Source: a virus
Lineage: Duplodnaviria; Caudoviricetes
Direction: 5' to 3' (one strand)
Length of the DNA: 40,382 nucleotides
Virus record (IMG/VR): IMGVR_UViG_3300030708_000335
Location: 1 to 40,382 of that record
The position numbers were made by a program, and so were the translations under genes. Positions within the stretch are counted from its first letter, which is position 1, and each line of letters opens with the position of its first letter. This document shows positions 16,401 to 25,508 of this stretch, piece by piece. Below the pieces are notes generated by a model, which saw only the letters and a program-made list of their open reading frames with translations, did not search any database and was not told the DNA's origin.

Positions 16401-19137
16401 CAGCATCCACCCTACCCTTAGCTAAAAGAACAGCTTTAGTAAACGATTCCCATGCCCATTGAGCAGCTTTATCCCCGTAGGTGTACTTCCATTCAGAGGC
16501 AAGCTTAGTTCCGTACCTTCGCCACCCCTCGACTAGACTAAATGCCTCATCCTCTCTTCCCTTTCTGGAAACCTTAACCGGAACCGCAAATGCGCCAAGC
16601 TCGTCAACAGTAAACTGGCTGGTGTCTAAGGAGAAAATTGCTGACTGACTAGGATCAAGCTGTCCCTTCTTTGTGGTTTGTATGGGCGTCCTCGCATCAA
16701 TAGCCTCACCCTCACCAAGCGGAGTGCCAGTTAAACCTCTGTCAATTCCCGCAAGCTGCCTGTTTCTAGATTCAATCCTGTCGAGTTCATCCGCGATCTG
16801 CTGCGCTGGCCCCTTGGCTTCAAATAATTCAGGGCTATCCTCTCTGGCTTGCTCAAACAATTCCTTCTGGCCGCGCCTTCTTGTGTCTACTTGCGGTGCG
16901 TCAAAATACTTAGCCTCTTCTGCTTCAAGTATCTGCTCGGTTACTGGCCCCGCCTCGGAGTGGGAGATAAATCCAACTGGGTTAATTTTAGCCGCACCGA
17001 TCTCTCTCTTTGCGGGTTCTGCTGCCCTTGCCTTACGCTCTTGCTCACTAAAGAAATCTAACTGCTCCTCTGCAAATGGGTTTGCTCCAGCGTCAAGGTT
17101 TGCTTGCTGGTCTAAGAAATCGGGGTTCAATTCATAGTAAGCAGCAATAGCTTCAACCCTCTCCCTGTTAACGTCAGGTAATCCCTCATGCTTAGTTGCC
17201 CCTAGAGTCTCCCTGATTATTTCGGAGGTACTCATTTCCGCTGTATCAGGGTCATTCAGGCCGCTATTAACATCATCCGCAAACTCCCTATTGCCACTCA
17301 ACAGTTCAGATGCAGCAAGTGGGTCTTTAAGCTGATCGAAACTCTCATAAACTCCATCTTCACGGGCTCCTTCCAATACGTTCTTAACCCTAGCCTCCTC
17401 TAAGTCTTGCTTCTTTTCTACGGACTTGGCAGTTCCTTCAGGTGTAACAAAGTCTTGGGCAACTATACCCTTACCAGACCTAACCCTCTTGTCTACTTCC
17501 TGCGGGGTAAACTGACCTATCTCAACATCGCCCCTGTCAAGCATAGTAGCTTTATCTTCCTCAGAAGCGGTAGTGTATCTTTGAATCTTTGCCCTAGTAC
17601 CTAAGATTGTTGAGGTTGTTGGGATTGACTCGGACTCTTGGCTCCTACGCACAGCATACGTCCCTTCCTGACGCCGCTGTTCGTTCTTGATTGCAGTGTT
17701 AAGTTCCTTGAGTGCTCGCTCCCTGCCGATCTTAACCTCTGCGCCCTGCGAGCTAGGCGGAATAGCATCTACACCCTCATTGTTGTAAGTCTCGTAAGCT
17801 TCAGTGGCTAGACCCTTGGCAATCTCAGCACCTTCTTCAGTGATTACACCCTCTTTAACTTGCTGATCGAACCCAGCGTGAACTTGATCCAGTGTCATGT
17901 TCGACCTGTAGCGATCCTTAATGCGGTCTTGAATTGCACGGGCGTACTCAGGCGACATATCTTTAGTCAGGTTAGATGCCGTAATCTCAAACGGAGCCAT
18001 ACCAAACTCAGCAATGCCTTCTAAGAATACACTCTTCCAATCATCAACCCTACCCTCAGAATAAAGCTGACCAAATAAGTCACCGGATGCCCCCAGTGTT
18101 CCTTGAAATGCAGTTCCCGCTGCGTATGGCGCGACCTTCTCAGTGCCTAGGTAGCCTAAGCGAGCAGCCCTGTTAAGCAGCCCCTCTTGTGCAAGCCTTG
18201 GAGCAGCAGCGCGACTACCAGCAGCGGAGGCAATCTTCTCGCCTATCTTAACGCCTCTGCCAGCCAGCCCCATAGACATGGTATCAAACAAAGCAACAGG
18301 CAGACCGTACTTGAACGCTTTGCTTCTAGCTTTCTTTAGTGTCTCAGGATCATTTAGAGAATCAAACAAGGCTTGCGGGTCATCCATTATATCACGACCA
18401 ACCGTTGCTTCGATTGTCTCCATGAACTTAGAGGATGCAGATAAATCGTAAGATGTCTTACCCATGCCTCCAGCCGCACCCCACAAAGCACCCGCTGGAA
18501 CAGTAATTATTTCTTCTGGAGCCGCCGCTTGAGGGCCGAGTTGACCTGCCGCTAAAGCAGTTCCAGCACCAGCAGCAGCACCAGCACCAATCTTTTTCCA
18601 GCCGTTATGAAGTAGGGCGGAGAGAGATTCTGTTGTTACCTCTGCTAAGATAGCTGGAGTTTCCTTTAGACCCCAAAACTCACCCCAAGCATTTAAGAAT
18701 CCGTCAGCCTCTTGGAACTCTTTGAAGTGCTCCGACACCTCTAAGTCATCCAGTTCTTGCTTGATCTTAATTAGATTCTCAGCGTCCTCCCTAGTGAACT
18801 CCTTATTGACTCCAGAGAATGACGTAACAATATCCGCTTGCTTGGACATCAGTATGCCTCGCTTGCGTGGGTCGTTAAGGTATGTGGCGAATATGCCTCG
18901 CTCTTCCTCTGGCTTCTCCATTGCTTGCTGGAAGCCCTGAACAGTCTGCCTGTCAAAAGCAGCACCATTCTCTCTGTCCTTGATTCTTTGGTAGGTGTCC
19001 CTGTACTGGTTAAGCTCAGGGTGTGTAGCCCATGCGTTAGGGTTATTATTTAATATAGCAACGGCTAACTGAGCATCGGAAAACTGCGCTTGCTCAGGGT
19101 AACGCTGCCGCCACCAATCAAATATAGAAGAAGCCAT
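10435..19137 (-). CDS. Large polyvalent internal virion / DNA ejection protein (2900 aa)
   Basis: Last of three ejection-position genes. Contains a zincin-like EEYFH, an ART-like FHGSP..IGTGARGASYGWGIY and a C-terminal LPD38-like region (YIRVPR..FG..PLLKAPAEL..NRNFF). Confidence 0.8.
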   Translation of the reverse strand: MASSIFDWWRQRYPEQAQFSDAQLAVAILNNNPNAWATHPELNQYRDTYQRIKDRENGAAFDRQTVQGFQQAMEKPEEERGIFATYLNDPRKRGILMSKQADIVTSFSGVNKEFTREDAENLIKIKQELDDLEVSEHFKEFQEADGFLNAWGEFWGLKETPAILAEVTTESLSALLHNGWKKIGAGAAAGAGTALAAGQLGPQAAAPEEIITVPAGALWGAAGGMGKTSYDLSASSKFMETIEATVGRDIMDDPQALFDSLNDPETLKKARSKAFKYGLPVALFDTMSMGLAGRGVKIGEKIASAAGSRAAAPRLAQEGLLNRAARLGYLGTEKVAPYAAGTAFQGTLGASGDLFGQLYSEGRVDDWKSVFLEGIAEFGMAPFEITASNLTKDMSPEYARAIQDRIKDRYRSNMTLDQVHAGFDQQVKEGVITEEGAEIAKGLATEAYETYNNEGVDAIPPSSQGAEVKIGRERALKELNTAIKNEQRRQEGTYAVRRSQESESIPTTSTILGTRAKIQRYTTASEEDKATMLDRGDVEIGQFTPQEVDKRVRSGKGIVAQDFVTPEGTAKSVEKKQDLEEARVKNVLEGAREDGVYESFDQLKDPLAASELLSGNREFADDVNSGLNDPDTAEMSTSEIIRETLGATKHEGLPDVNRERVEAIAAYYELNPDFLDQQANLDAGANPFAEEQLDFFSEQERKARAAEPAKREIGAAKINPVGFISHSEAGPVTEQILEAEEAKYFDAPQVDTRRRGQKELFEQAREDSPELFEAKGPAQQIADELDRIESRNRQLAGIDRGLTGTPLGEGEAIDARTPIQTTKKGQLDPSQSAIFSLDTSQFTVDELGAFAVPVKVSRKGREDEAFSLVEGWRRYGTKLASEWKYTYGDKAAQWAWESFTKAVLLAKGRVDAEKARAAARGVEPDLAKKGLYKEFSGFTVMHNAFRDLSRRARKEKEVMGSQILTSKKKVALGGAGWELATRPEGTLTVRQERELQRFEDAESIYTELGESYLPEASRAADDIISTNPDLNRQIDESNRTPAEVARMEKARDDLTEFIAQFNSLIDFELGIETKSPVEDISSTGLSRRLFREVLMPALAKSIERENSKKPEYKKLIRERESLSSELRRLDKRIDDISGNKLVQYITRYNSYATQIKASDLYSDSEIQSNPSLTPDTVITHHSVVEGVYEILARENILPKNANIEIDVKLGERTVRRKAKEHIAELESRRKIVSNALFDLGVKVRAAEEAMSGSTRNVDYDGIRAGIAEIYKSVNQSRELQNFQELSGAPKQTKTQYYVKNSRRGGMRVATQKEHAGFGGEKATKPIYGSAKAGMYTNYYLREKLNLLQRKVTQSFNQATLYSAIGNQKQFMDASRDAQFAETVRGTEPDLFNQGVRFFKEDKLSGSFSEAFDHIYSQLNPEEMAFADKFLPFLKLAGAKAALNTKVILVELNSSDGAAPPAFYNTVFDQIVIDPNRLRNSPFTAFKVLLEEYFHSLTSGALLLDSNKGMKKRLTKMLEKIRAEVKKRGGYEAVGMKSGYPLLNEHEMIAHALFDPAFESLLRTIAPTEKTNKFTDFFDQVLDAIKKLLGLNKSHDNILQEVREMAFNLMHQKEVMTSRTGGRFGVYNALMSGGGDRIVTIKHYDTGKYDEHVWIANNPRSGVRIHSDDKHYSYIPPDTRTKEFFDAVKKGIKEEASLSEFAETPFAAAFHGSPRSEKIDKLSTDYIGTGARGASYGWGIYSSSKEDIAATFKEEGGRGYKVELAPLDDEYLLWDESLLNQTKKVQQSLEKIENDLGELLPVNLNSGAQIYRTIEEMLATKMRREGDFQTRPDKAASLMLLKHGIRGNKFSAAGEINYVIFDDSDIEITGSFAEPIPEKTEGELAKDKIRRSIEPIERKEGMVRSEMSLWDKFKEQLVTKSQILNVFQDMIMERNNIAGKTRVTLAEMHELQAGSPVKADLRVSKFREDMQALLGKDPEQLQKFNEYITNLRIQDRLKNPLAEEDLARLETLNGYIDLEGNFVVPEEELAAGRTTEDIKHEFIALVDKTKRVGDFKDRSDVPTLVKGVEALMEEINDPEILRYQRNADGNIMYNVDGPLFEGKFVEAAELYHSHFQSALFDMYNSGLITSRAYTDMVNSSSFYAPFFVLKYFNRNPEDTFGSYIKGIQDEDWGILRPMDAAEYKLYNTQLRIDRNQMLLKMKDFKDDFDPDGNFITISNEQYTSADLDSVKFYDRGNVRYMVMDDDVARLLNSFDPVSTSTTYMTTKLAGDIFKLGATGMNLFFQAGNFLMFDPIRLLTTSRAGLRAKDKGLSPIVLGMQYLKAMMASSWANLTPNSVKNLVREYAPNQIDQLETLYSEFVNSGAAGSTIAEYFDKATQIKDPLARGNNARRNPVSNAILWGNAKASSVGKTLEQTAKMVGMQRMKIFEGLDVLEQKIQDEKDPQKLAALQKEAQEVSDQIAVEIRNFAGSPDFIRKGKFTDSEALNVIFMFFNARIQGVERDLSRMLQIFSPKGDKAEAMKVMMKVSAFAAMPTMLAWSMNRRYKDDYDEVSDEEKKRYFMIPLDEMFEHPYIEGKMVRDYIRVPRRESFGLFSYTLEKGLDFFYEKDPAAVNELLGFWLESTMPVNIAGLTEGDLLKAGESVGSSLNPLLKAPAELIGNRNFFRHKPLVPQSLADADAKEQYYESTPDVYKALGGMTGLGALRTKHLLESLTAGGITQFFPNKDVGIPSEAGVPALGRTIASTPLVSRLARSSYLAESDLQEIMDDSDQLSATDRVIRRRFVDRWFSDTRGMTIQDRVRHIPPATNHSEKLRNDMIIKRLRMMALGLEPDEARLAGMPVDARADVIFNQMQNKTPAEVKVYLTDLASKRIITQGVANVLMERMASRGEDIYDYTAEPVR

Positions 19138-21566
19138 TATTTAATAATTCCGTACTTACGAGCATCTTGAACTGAAAGGTTTTTACCTAGTCCATCTTTA
19201 ATATTTTCAAGCTTGTCCATAACCTCTAAATAACCAGCAAGTTTTTTCTCTTCCTGCTCCATGCTTTTTAGCTTTCTTATTGCCTTGTCTCTTTTATCCC
19301 CCAATATTCTAGCATCATAAGCAGAGGCATCTTTAGGTATTTTAATCTGAGAGTCTGATTTTAGTTGATTGTAATTCTTAACAACTCTGTTTTGGTATCC
19401 ATGACCAACAGTTTTAGTTAGGCCAAGTCCCTCAAATCTACCGTATCTAGACATACTTCCCGTTAGCTCATAAAGCCGTCGTTTAATTAAGTTTTCCGGT
19501 GTAGACCTTGATGCGGAGAGGGTTACGCCAAAATCACTTTTACTTAGCTGGGATGCAGCGTTCTTAATTTCATCAGGTATTTTTATGTCCAAGAAAACCC
19601 TGTCTCCATCAACATAATAGTCATCTTCGTCTATGTACTTTGAGGTGAACTCTCTTACTTCTAGAATTTCAGTAGCCTCCTTAGCTTCACTAACCCTATC
19701 TGCGGCTCGCTTTCTTGCAGCAATAGCACCTTCAGAATTGTCACCCTTAGTCTGGCGTTTAACTTCCTCTTCCTGCTGCCTTAGCTTCTCCAAGTTAGTA
19801 ACACCTCGCTCAATCATACCCCCTGTGCTTTCTGGGTCTGTGTAGTAATTAGATGTTATTTCGTCTATACGCAAACCAATGGTATCCCCAGCGTCCGTTG
19901 GTGTAAGCGACCTGCCTGTATTGTCAGACATTGGTTTTCTTTCTGGGATAGTTCCACCTGTAGCCTTAATGGAGCTTGGGTCTGTTTCCATTAACCCAGT
20001 TTGATCGTCGTATGAGGGCGGAATAGGGGAAACCAAAGGGTTAGGGCTTTTAGCCATGTTATTCAGGAACCTAAACACCTGATCTGGGTCTGCTAATTTC
20101 TCCATCTCTGCGGGTAATACTGGAGTTCCGGTGATCGCAGCAGCGTTTTGTCCGGTGAGGGTTGTAGTGTCACTTTTCCTAGATGTTGGCTGGGCTGTCT
20201 GATTAGGGTCTAAAGAAATACCTCCTACACTTCCACCGCTCTGAGTTGAATCTTCAATTCTGCGCTGCACATTAACAGGCTTGTTCTTTTGTAGCCAATC
20301 ACGCTTGTAGTCCTCCCACTGATCCAGAGTAATGTCCATGTCTAGCAACCTAGTTTTTTGTAAGTTGCCATCGGCGTCCGTTACTGGCTTTTCCTGACCA
20401 TCCTCAAGATAGGTTTGATACAACCTGTTAGGATTGACGTTGTAAGCCCAGATACTTTTAGATTCAGGGTTATCTTCATTAAGGACATTGAGAGGTATGC
20501 CGGACTGTTTAGCATCATACAAGATGTAGGCGCGAGTCTCTAAATCCTCCACACCAAGCTGTCCGTCTCTCTGCCTTGCTTGCTCCACTCTTTCCTGCAT
20601 ACCCCTTCTTTTAAGGCTGTCACTAGCAATGGCTGATATTACTTCGTACTTTTTGCTATTCTGCCAATCCTTTTCGTCCCTGTTTCTTTTTAGATAATCT
20701 TCAAGATGTTTCGTTAGCTCAACGCGCCTCAACTGCTGGTAGTCGCTGTTAGCTTGTATCCCTCCTCCGTATCTTGTGGAGTCATCTAGGAGAGCCCACA
20801 TTCTATCAGTAAATGCAAGCGGCCCTTCACCGTCCTGCGGCCCAGATGCAAGAACGCTAAGGAACTGTGATGCTGATTCATCAATGGCCGCTCTTTGCGC
20901 TACAGTGTTTTCTGCTAAGGTCTTTGAGTCTTGGTATTCGTTTCTCTTTAACTCCAACTCCCCTAAGTTAGCTGTGGCGTTCAGCATATTTGAATGAGCC
21001 GTAACCCTATTGGATTCAGCATTCATTCTAGCAACGTCCATCCTGTTCCGTGCCTCTTCAGCATAGAACTCGACTTGCTTCATAGTGTACGCAGCATCAG
21101 CTTTGGTTTTCTCAGGGGCAGCTTCCTCCTGTTTAACCTTTGCCTCGGCTATTCTGGAGTATTGATCTGTAGTTGTTAGCCGATTGATTTCTTTCTGACG
21201 GTCATTAACCAGCTTTTGCTTAATAGCTTCTTGCTTGGCAGACTTTGCTTTAGCTACTTCCGACTTAACAGCAGCCTTTTCCTTCTTATAGAACATACCC
21301 TGAAGCGGGCCTTTCTCTTTCTTGAAATCTGACGCTAAATCTGGAACTGCATCAACTTGATCCTGCTGCTCTTGAGTTAGGGTTGGCGCGGGTTCATAGT
21401 AACCACCTTTCTCCCTAGCTTTCCGTTCAGCTTTCTTCTCCTTGGCATCTTCTCGTAAGACTTTGCCTTGCGCCTTACGGAGTCTTTGTTGTGACCGACG
21501 ATCCTTACGAACGCTCATGCCTTCGATTGCGTCAGCCGCAAATTTCATTCCTGCTTCAAAGCTCAT
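19137..21566 (-). CDS. Putative internal virion / ejection protein (809 aa)
   Basis: Position, helical coiled-coil composition and TAATG coupling to the next gene. Confidence 0.65.
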   Translation of the reverse strand: MSFEAGMKFAADAIEGMSVRKDRRSQQRLRKAQGKVLREDAKEKKAERKAREKGGYYEPAPTLTQEQQDQVDAVPDLASDFKKEKGPLQGMFYKKEKAAVKSEVAKAKSAKQEAIKQKLVNDRQKEINRLTTTDQYSRIAEAKVKQEEAAPEKTKADAAYTMKQVEFYAEEARNRMDVARMNAESNRVTAHSNMLNATANLGELELKRNEYQDSKTLAENTVAQRAAIDESASQFLSVLASGPQDGEGPLAFTDRMWALLDDSTRYGGGIQANSDYQQLRRVELTKHLEDYLKRNRDEKDWQNSKKYEVISAIASDSLKRRGMQERVEQARQRDGQLGVEDLETRAYILYDAKQSGIPLNVLNEDNPESKSIWAYNVNPNRLYQTYLEDGQEKPVTDADGNLQKTRLLDMDITLDQWEDYKRDWLQKNKPVNVQRRIEDSTQSGGSVGGISLDPNQTAQPTSRKSDTTTLTGQNAAAITGTPVLPAEMEKLADPDQVFRFLNNMAKSPNPLVSPIPPSYDDQTGLMETDPSSIKATGGTIPERKPMSDNTGRSLTPTDAGDTIGLRIDEITSNYYTDPESTGGMIERGVTNLEKLRQQEEEVKRQTKGDNSEGAIAARKRAADRVSEAKEATEILEVREFTSKYIDEDDYYVDGDRVFLDIKIPDEIKNAASQLSKSDFGVTLSASRSTPENLIKRRLYELTGSMSRYGRFEGLGLTKTVGHGYQNRVVKNYNQLKSDSQIKIPKDASAYDARILGDKRDKAIRKLKSMEQEEKKLAGYLEVMDKLENIKDGLGKNLSVQDARKYGIIK

Positions 21567-21581
21567 AATAATATCTCCTTG

Positions 21582-22544
21582 TTAACTCCTAAATGGCTCA
21601 CCAAAACCCTTCATAAATCCGCCTTTGCCACCGAATGTTTTCATTCCTCCGATGCCGCCAGCCAATCCTGTCATGCCTATCTGTGCCACACCTCCCAGCA
21701 CTGCACCGAATGGATCGCTCTTGTTAGCCATCTGAGTGCTGTATATCTGAGCCTGTGTCCCGAATATGTTAGAGGCAAAGGAAGTGCCCTGAGCCCCAGC
21801 GTTAGCATTCACTCCAAGACCAGCACCTAGCCCTTGTCCCATGAAAGGAGCAGCACCCTGTTGAGCACCTGCAACCTGACCGAACTGCGCTGTCTGGGGC
21901 ATACCAACATAAGAGCGAGCCATGTTCATGCGCTGAGTAAGAAGCTGTCGGCCCATGTTATACTGCGAGAGAGTCTCCTGAATAGCAGGGGCAGTTCCAA
22001 GCATAGGCCCACCGCGAGCAGCAGAGGATCGGCGGAATGCCTGTTCAGCAAACTTAACCTCTTCGTCAGACAACTGCGTACCCTTCTCTAGCTCATTCAA
22101 TGTCATCTCGGCCAGCCTACGCCGTACCTTAAACCCGACAGGATCAGACTCCTCGATACGTTTCAACGCTTGGTCAGCAAAGTCAGCACCGTACTTCTTC
22201 TGGATGTCCAAGGCAGTCTGAGCCATTGTGTCAGCACTCTGCCTGTAGGCTTCTAAGTTAGTTACCTGCTGGTCTAGGTCAGATATGCCACGGAAGTCGT
22301 AGTCAATAGTCTCGCCACCTACAGTAATAGACCCGTGCCCACCCATCTTAGCCGCAGCCTCAATAGCTTTACGGGCAGGTAAGGTTCGGATGTCGGCCAT
22401 GATACCTTCTCGGTTGGCCTCTGCATAATTAGGGGCGGCAGGAGGAGGTGGTGTGCCTTTGTTGACAGCATCAGCAGCAGCCCAATACCTTTCACGGTAA
22501 GAGTCCGTAATGCTCTTTGCTATTTCAAGAAGCTTGTTGTACAT
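21582..22544 (-). CDS. Putative ejection (pilot) protein (320 aa)
   Basis: KGTPPPPAAPNY motif near the N-terminus, Ala/Gln/Gly-rich body and Gly-rich hydrophobic C-terminus. Confidence 0.65.
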   Translation of the reverse strand: MYNKLLEIAKSITDSYRERYWAAADAVNKGTPPPPAAPNYAEANREGIMADIRTLPARKAIEAAAKMGGHGSITVGGETIDYDFRGISDLDQQVTNLEAYRQSADTMAQTALDIQKKYGADFADQALKRIEESDPVGFKVRRRLAEMTLNELEKGTQLSDEEVKFAEQAFRRSSAARGGPMLGTAPAIQETLSQYNMGRQLLTQRMNMARSYVGMPQTAQFGQVAGAQQGAAPFMGQGLGAGLGVNANAGAQGTSFASNIFGTQAQIYSTQMANKSDPFGAVLGGVAQIGMTGLAGGIGGMKTFGGKGGFMKGFGEPFRS

Positions 22545-22878
22545 ACTGTTCCTCCCAAGAGTTCATTGCGTTGTCGTATAAGTTTCGGATTTGTGATTTG
22601 TCTAGTTCTACTAAATTCTCAATAAAGAGAAACTGTCCGTACAGGTCGCACCCCCAGTATCCGGTTATGTATGCTTCCGCTATATCTGGCTGGTGATCGT
22701 TTACCCATACAAAGCTTCTTCCTAATTCAACTGCGTCTAGGCTACCCTGTTGCTCGGCAGTCCGGTACGCCTCCCCAACATACACCCCCACTGGCAAGGG
22801 CTTCTGCATCTTTATATTCGCTGTCGGAGGTTTGTTCTCGTACTGCCTCCCTTTTACAACTGTGCCTTTGACTATCAC
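22525..22878 (-). CDS. Riboflavin kinase (flavokinase)-like protein
   Basis: GTVVKG..PTANI..LPVGVY..EAY..DLYG follow the RibF kinase-domain motifs in order. GAGAGG RBS before GTG. Confidence 0.7.
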   Translation of the reverse strand: MIVKGTVVKGRQYENKPPTANIKMQKPLPVGVYVGEAYRTAEQQGSLDAVELGRSFVWVNDHQPDIAEAYITGYWGCDLYGQFLFIENLVELDKSQIRNLYDNAMNSWEEQYVQQAS

Positions 22879-23293
22879 TAAATATCCTCTCTATTAGTTG
22901 TTGTGAAAATTCTCTTCTTTTACCATGTCTAAGAGCGAGAACTCGCAACCTTCTCCAATCGGGAACCCTCTCCGCAAACTCATTGATACAAGTTGCGGTT
23001 GCCCATCTTTCAGAACATACGATGTCCGACAGGTAGAAGCTATCGCCTTCGGGGTTGAAGGGTTGCCAATGCCGATCCAAGTCGTTTTCATTGATTCGGT
23101 ATCCCACTCCCATCCCAACCAATACACCATCCTGCTCGACGAGGCAGAGACTTCCATTTTGTTGATGGAACTTGATGTATATTTCCAAGATATTGTCCGG
23201 CCATCCACCGAAACAGAGCCCTCTGGTATCATATCGCCTGATGAAGCTAATGACATCAGATACAGAAAATCGTTTGTGTTCGTCATTAGTCAT
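22742..23293 (-). CDS. Virion assembly protein, possibly GNAT-fold
   Basis: Sits in the slot after tail tubular B. LVEQDGVLVGMGVGY..FYLSDIVC beta pattern. Confidence 0.5.
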   Translation of the reverse strand: MTNDEHKRFSVSDVISFIRRYDTRGLCFGGWPDNILEIYIKFHQQNGSLCLVEQDGVLVGMGVGYRINENDLDRHWQPFNPEGDSFYLSDIVCSERWATATCINEFAERVPDWRRLRVLALRHGKRREFSQQLIERIFSDSQRHSCKREAVREQTSDSEYKDAEALASGGVCWGGVPDCRATG

Positions 23294-24843
23294 CTCTCCA
23301 GAGCCATAGTGTTCATAAACGCACTGGTTTTAATCGACCTAACTAATAGCCTACCTGAGCTTGCCTTAATCTTAAACCTAGCTTCATTGAACTCACCCTT
23401 CGTGCTTAGGGAGAATGAGCGAGAGAAAGGGCCAACGGAAGGTAGGGTAAACGGCAAAGTAACTGGGAGCGTAACTGATGATGTCTGAGTAGGAATGTTG
23501 TTCTCGATCAATACGTCAGTAGCACCAGCTTCTTCATCAAGAGTTGCATATACTTCCGCGCAATGACATCCAGCAATGCTATTCTCAAACTCTATGTCCA
23601 AATGGTTCCCAAGCTTAGGAGATAAGTAATCCCCGTAAACATGACCCCTGCTAATAATAAAGCTTTCTATGTCAGAAGAATTGTCCTGATAGGTGGATGA
23701 AGCTAGAGAAGATTCATTAACGTAATCAAGCCATGTAAGAACATTGCCGCTGTTGTCACCCATTATGAGCTTGGGGTAATTACTAAATGCAGACTCGGCG
23801 TACACGTTATTAGTCCATCCTGTCCAGTACCCACTCCAAGACCTAGTTACAGTATTAAATACAATAGTATAGTTAGGTGTTGTGGCGTTATCTAAAGGAA
23901 CACTAATAATGTACCTATTGTTCCAGAACTTAGCGCATGAGTTTTGTGCATAGCCCCAGTTGATTCTCTGTATGAGATCGTCAATAGGAGTGGAGATAGG
24001 CTCGGACACAGAACTCTGAGCACCTGAAAGAATAGTGCGTACAGTGCGGATGCCATCCCGCGCCAAGAAAAACACATCAGACCCAGCCTGTGCTATAGTC
24101 CTACCAGCAACACAACCGACAGTATTATCAATTCTATTAACAGGCCAGTTACTAGCAGATGATTGAGATGGATCAGTCACTACCACATGAATGGAGCGTT
24201 CCTTGAATACAACTAAATTAAAGTTATACCAGCTTACTATCCCAGTAATAGGATCACCTTCGCCGCCTCCAACTCTAAACTGAAACCCAGTTCCCCAAGT
24301 GGTTCCATCTAAAATATCGCTCGCCGCAACCTCATCGTCGTAGTTGTTATTGTTTGCGGAGAAAAGCCTGTTCGTGTGGGATATTAAAAACTTACCTCTA
24401 GGTATTGATGAGCCTTCGTCTGTAACTGCTGAACCGTTGTAGGAGTGCAAGTTACCGCTCCCGTCCGTCATAAACATTTTGTCCACTAACTGAGCGAACT
24501 CAACATTATTAGAAGCTGACGGTGTGTACCCTGATACGCTAGAAAAAGTTGATCCAGTTGACTTATACAGGACACCATTAGATACCGCTAGAATCTCCTC
24601 ATAGGAAGGCGTGTCAAAAAAGGTTAGCCCCTTGATCGGATTAGTCAGAGTAGAGCCTACAATGGAAGTTCCCCGCCTAGTAGAAATAGCACCGAACTTG
24701 TCGATGTCCATATTCTTGGCTTCATGGAACTGCCCTTCCTTTAGGAGATTAGCGCGTACATTGCTCACCTGACCCCCGATAAAACTACCGGACAGGTCGT
24801 AAGCTAACTGGTCATCAAGACCATCGTTGTAGTGTACAGGCAT
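23290..24843 (-). CDS. Tail tubular protein B / nozzle (P22 gp10- or T7 gp12-like)
   Basis: 517 aa, beta-rich; F.GG..NMDIDKFGAISTRRG, GDPITGI..LVVFKERSI and GCVAGRTI. Confidence 0.85.
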   Translation of the reverse strand: MPVHYNDGLDDQLAYDLSGSFIGGQVSNVRANLLKEGQFHEAKNMDIDKFGAISTRRGTSIVGSTLTNPIKGLTFFDTPSYEEILAVSNGVLYKSTGSTFSSVSGYTPSASNNVEFAQLVDKMFMTDGSGNLHSYNGSAVTDEGSSIPRGKFLISHTNRLFSANNNNYDDEVAASDILDGTTWGTGFQFRVGGGEGDPITGIVSWYNFNLVVFKERSIHVVVTDPSQSSASNWPVNRIDNTVGCVAGRTIAQAGSDVFFLARDGIRTVRTILSGAQSSVSEPISTPIDDLIQRINWGYAQNSCAKFWNNRYIISVPLDNATTPNYTIVFNTVTRSWSGYWTGWTNNVYAESAFSNYPKLIMGDNSGNVLTWLDYVNESSLASSTYQDNSSDIESFIISRGHVYGDYLSPKLGNHLDIEFENSIAGCHCAEVYATLDEEAGATDVLIENNIPTQTSSVTLPVTLPFTLPSVGPFSRSFSLSTKGEFNEARFKIKASSGRLLVRSIKTSAFMNTMALER

Positions 24844-25493
24844 TAGTTACTAAAATCGTTTAAGTCCCAAGACGCTTCTACTTGCGGGATAATCCTAGTG
24901 TCACTTGCTGATTGGTGAGTCTCCAAATCCTTAACTATCATTAGCTGGGCCGAAGCCTCCTGAAATTTAATCTGTGCTTTTTGGTATTGGCGTAAGTGCT
25001 CAAGCATATCTCCCTCCACAAAGGATAAGAGCGAGTTATCTATACCGTTAATCAAAGGTGAATCGTTATCGGTGAGTTCTGTTATCTTGAGCTTGCCTAG
25101 GACTAGAAGCGTTTTAGCCTCCTTCGGCTTCCTGAGCAGCCTAATTTTTGCCTCACCCGTGGAAGTGTTTGAAAGGACAATAAAATTGGCAACCTTACCT
25201 GTCTCAGAGAATAATTTAGGGTCAATCCTGAACACGGCTGAGTAGTCGATAGGTGTAATTTCTTCATCATCCCAAGAAGCAGCTACCGGAAAATGAACTG
25301 CTGTGTTTAGTGTAACCTCTTCAGCATCAGCGGCAACAGAATATGAGGTAGTACCCAGAGCTTCACGCCATAACGCAGAGTTCCATATCATCTCGTACCT
25401 ACGGTCAATAAAAGACTTCAAGAGGTTCAGACTTCCCTGATCTGTTTTCTGAAGCTTATCCGCTACAAATTGCGCTATAGATGATTTAGTCAT
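24843..25493 (-). CDS. Tail tubular protein A / head-tail adaptor
   Basis: Size, position and helical-beta-helical pattern with IWNSALW. Confidence 0.7.
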   Translation of the reverse strand: MTKSSIAQFVADKLQKTDQGSLNLLKSFIDRRYEMIWNSALWREALGTTSYSVAADAEEVTLNTAVHFPVAASWDDEEITPIDYSAVFRIDPKLFSETGKVANFIVLSNTSTGEAKIRLLRKPKEAKTLLVLGKLKITELTDNDSPLINGIDNSLLSFVEGDMLEHLRQYQKAQIKFQEASAQLMIVKDLETHQSASDTRIIPQVEASWDLNDFSN

Positions 25494-25508
25494 TACTGTT
25501 ATCCAATA

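Noticed and set aside
10516-19053. Numerous + strand ORFs opposite the large late genes (similar shadow ORFs occur elsewhere)
   Set aside because: Antisense shadows with Ser/Leu-rich composition and no recognisable motifs.
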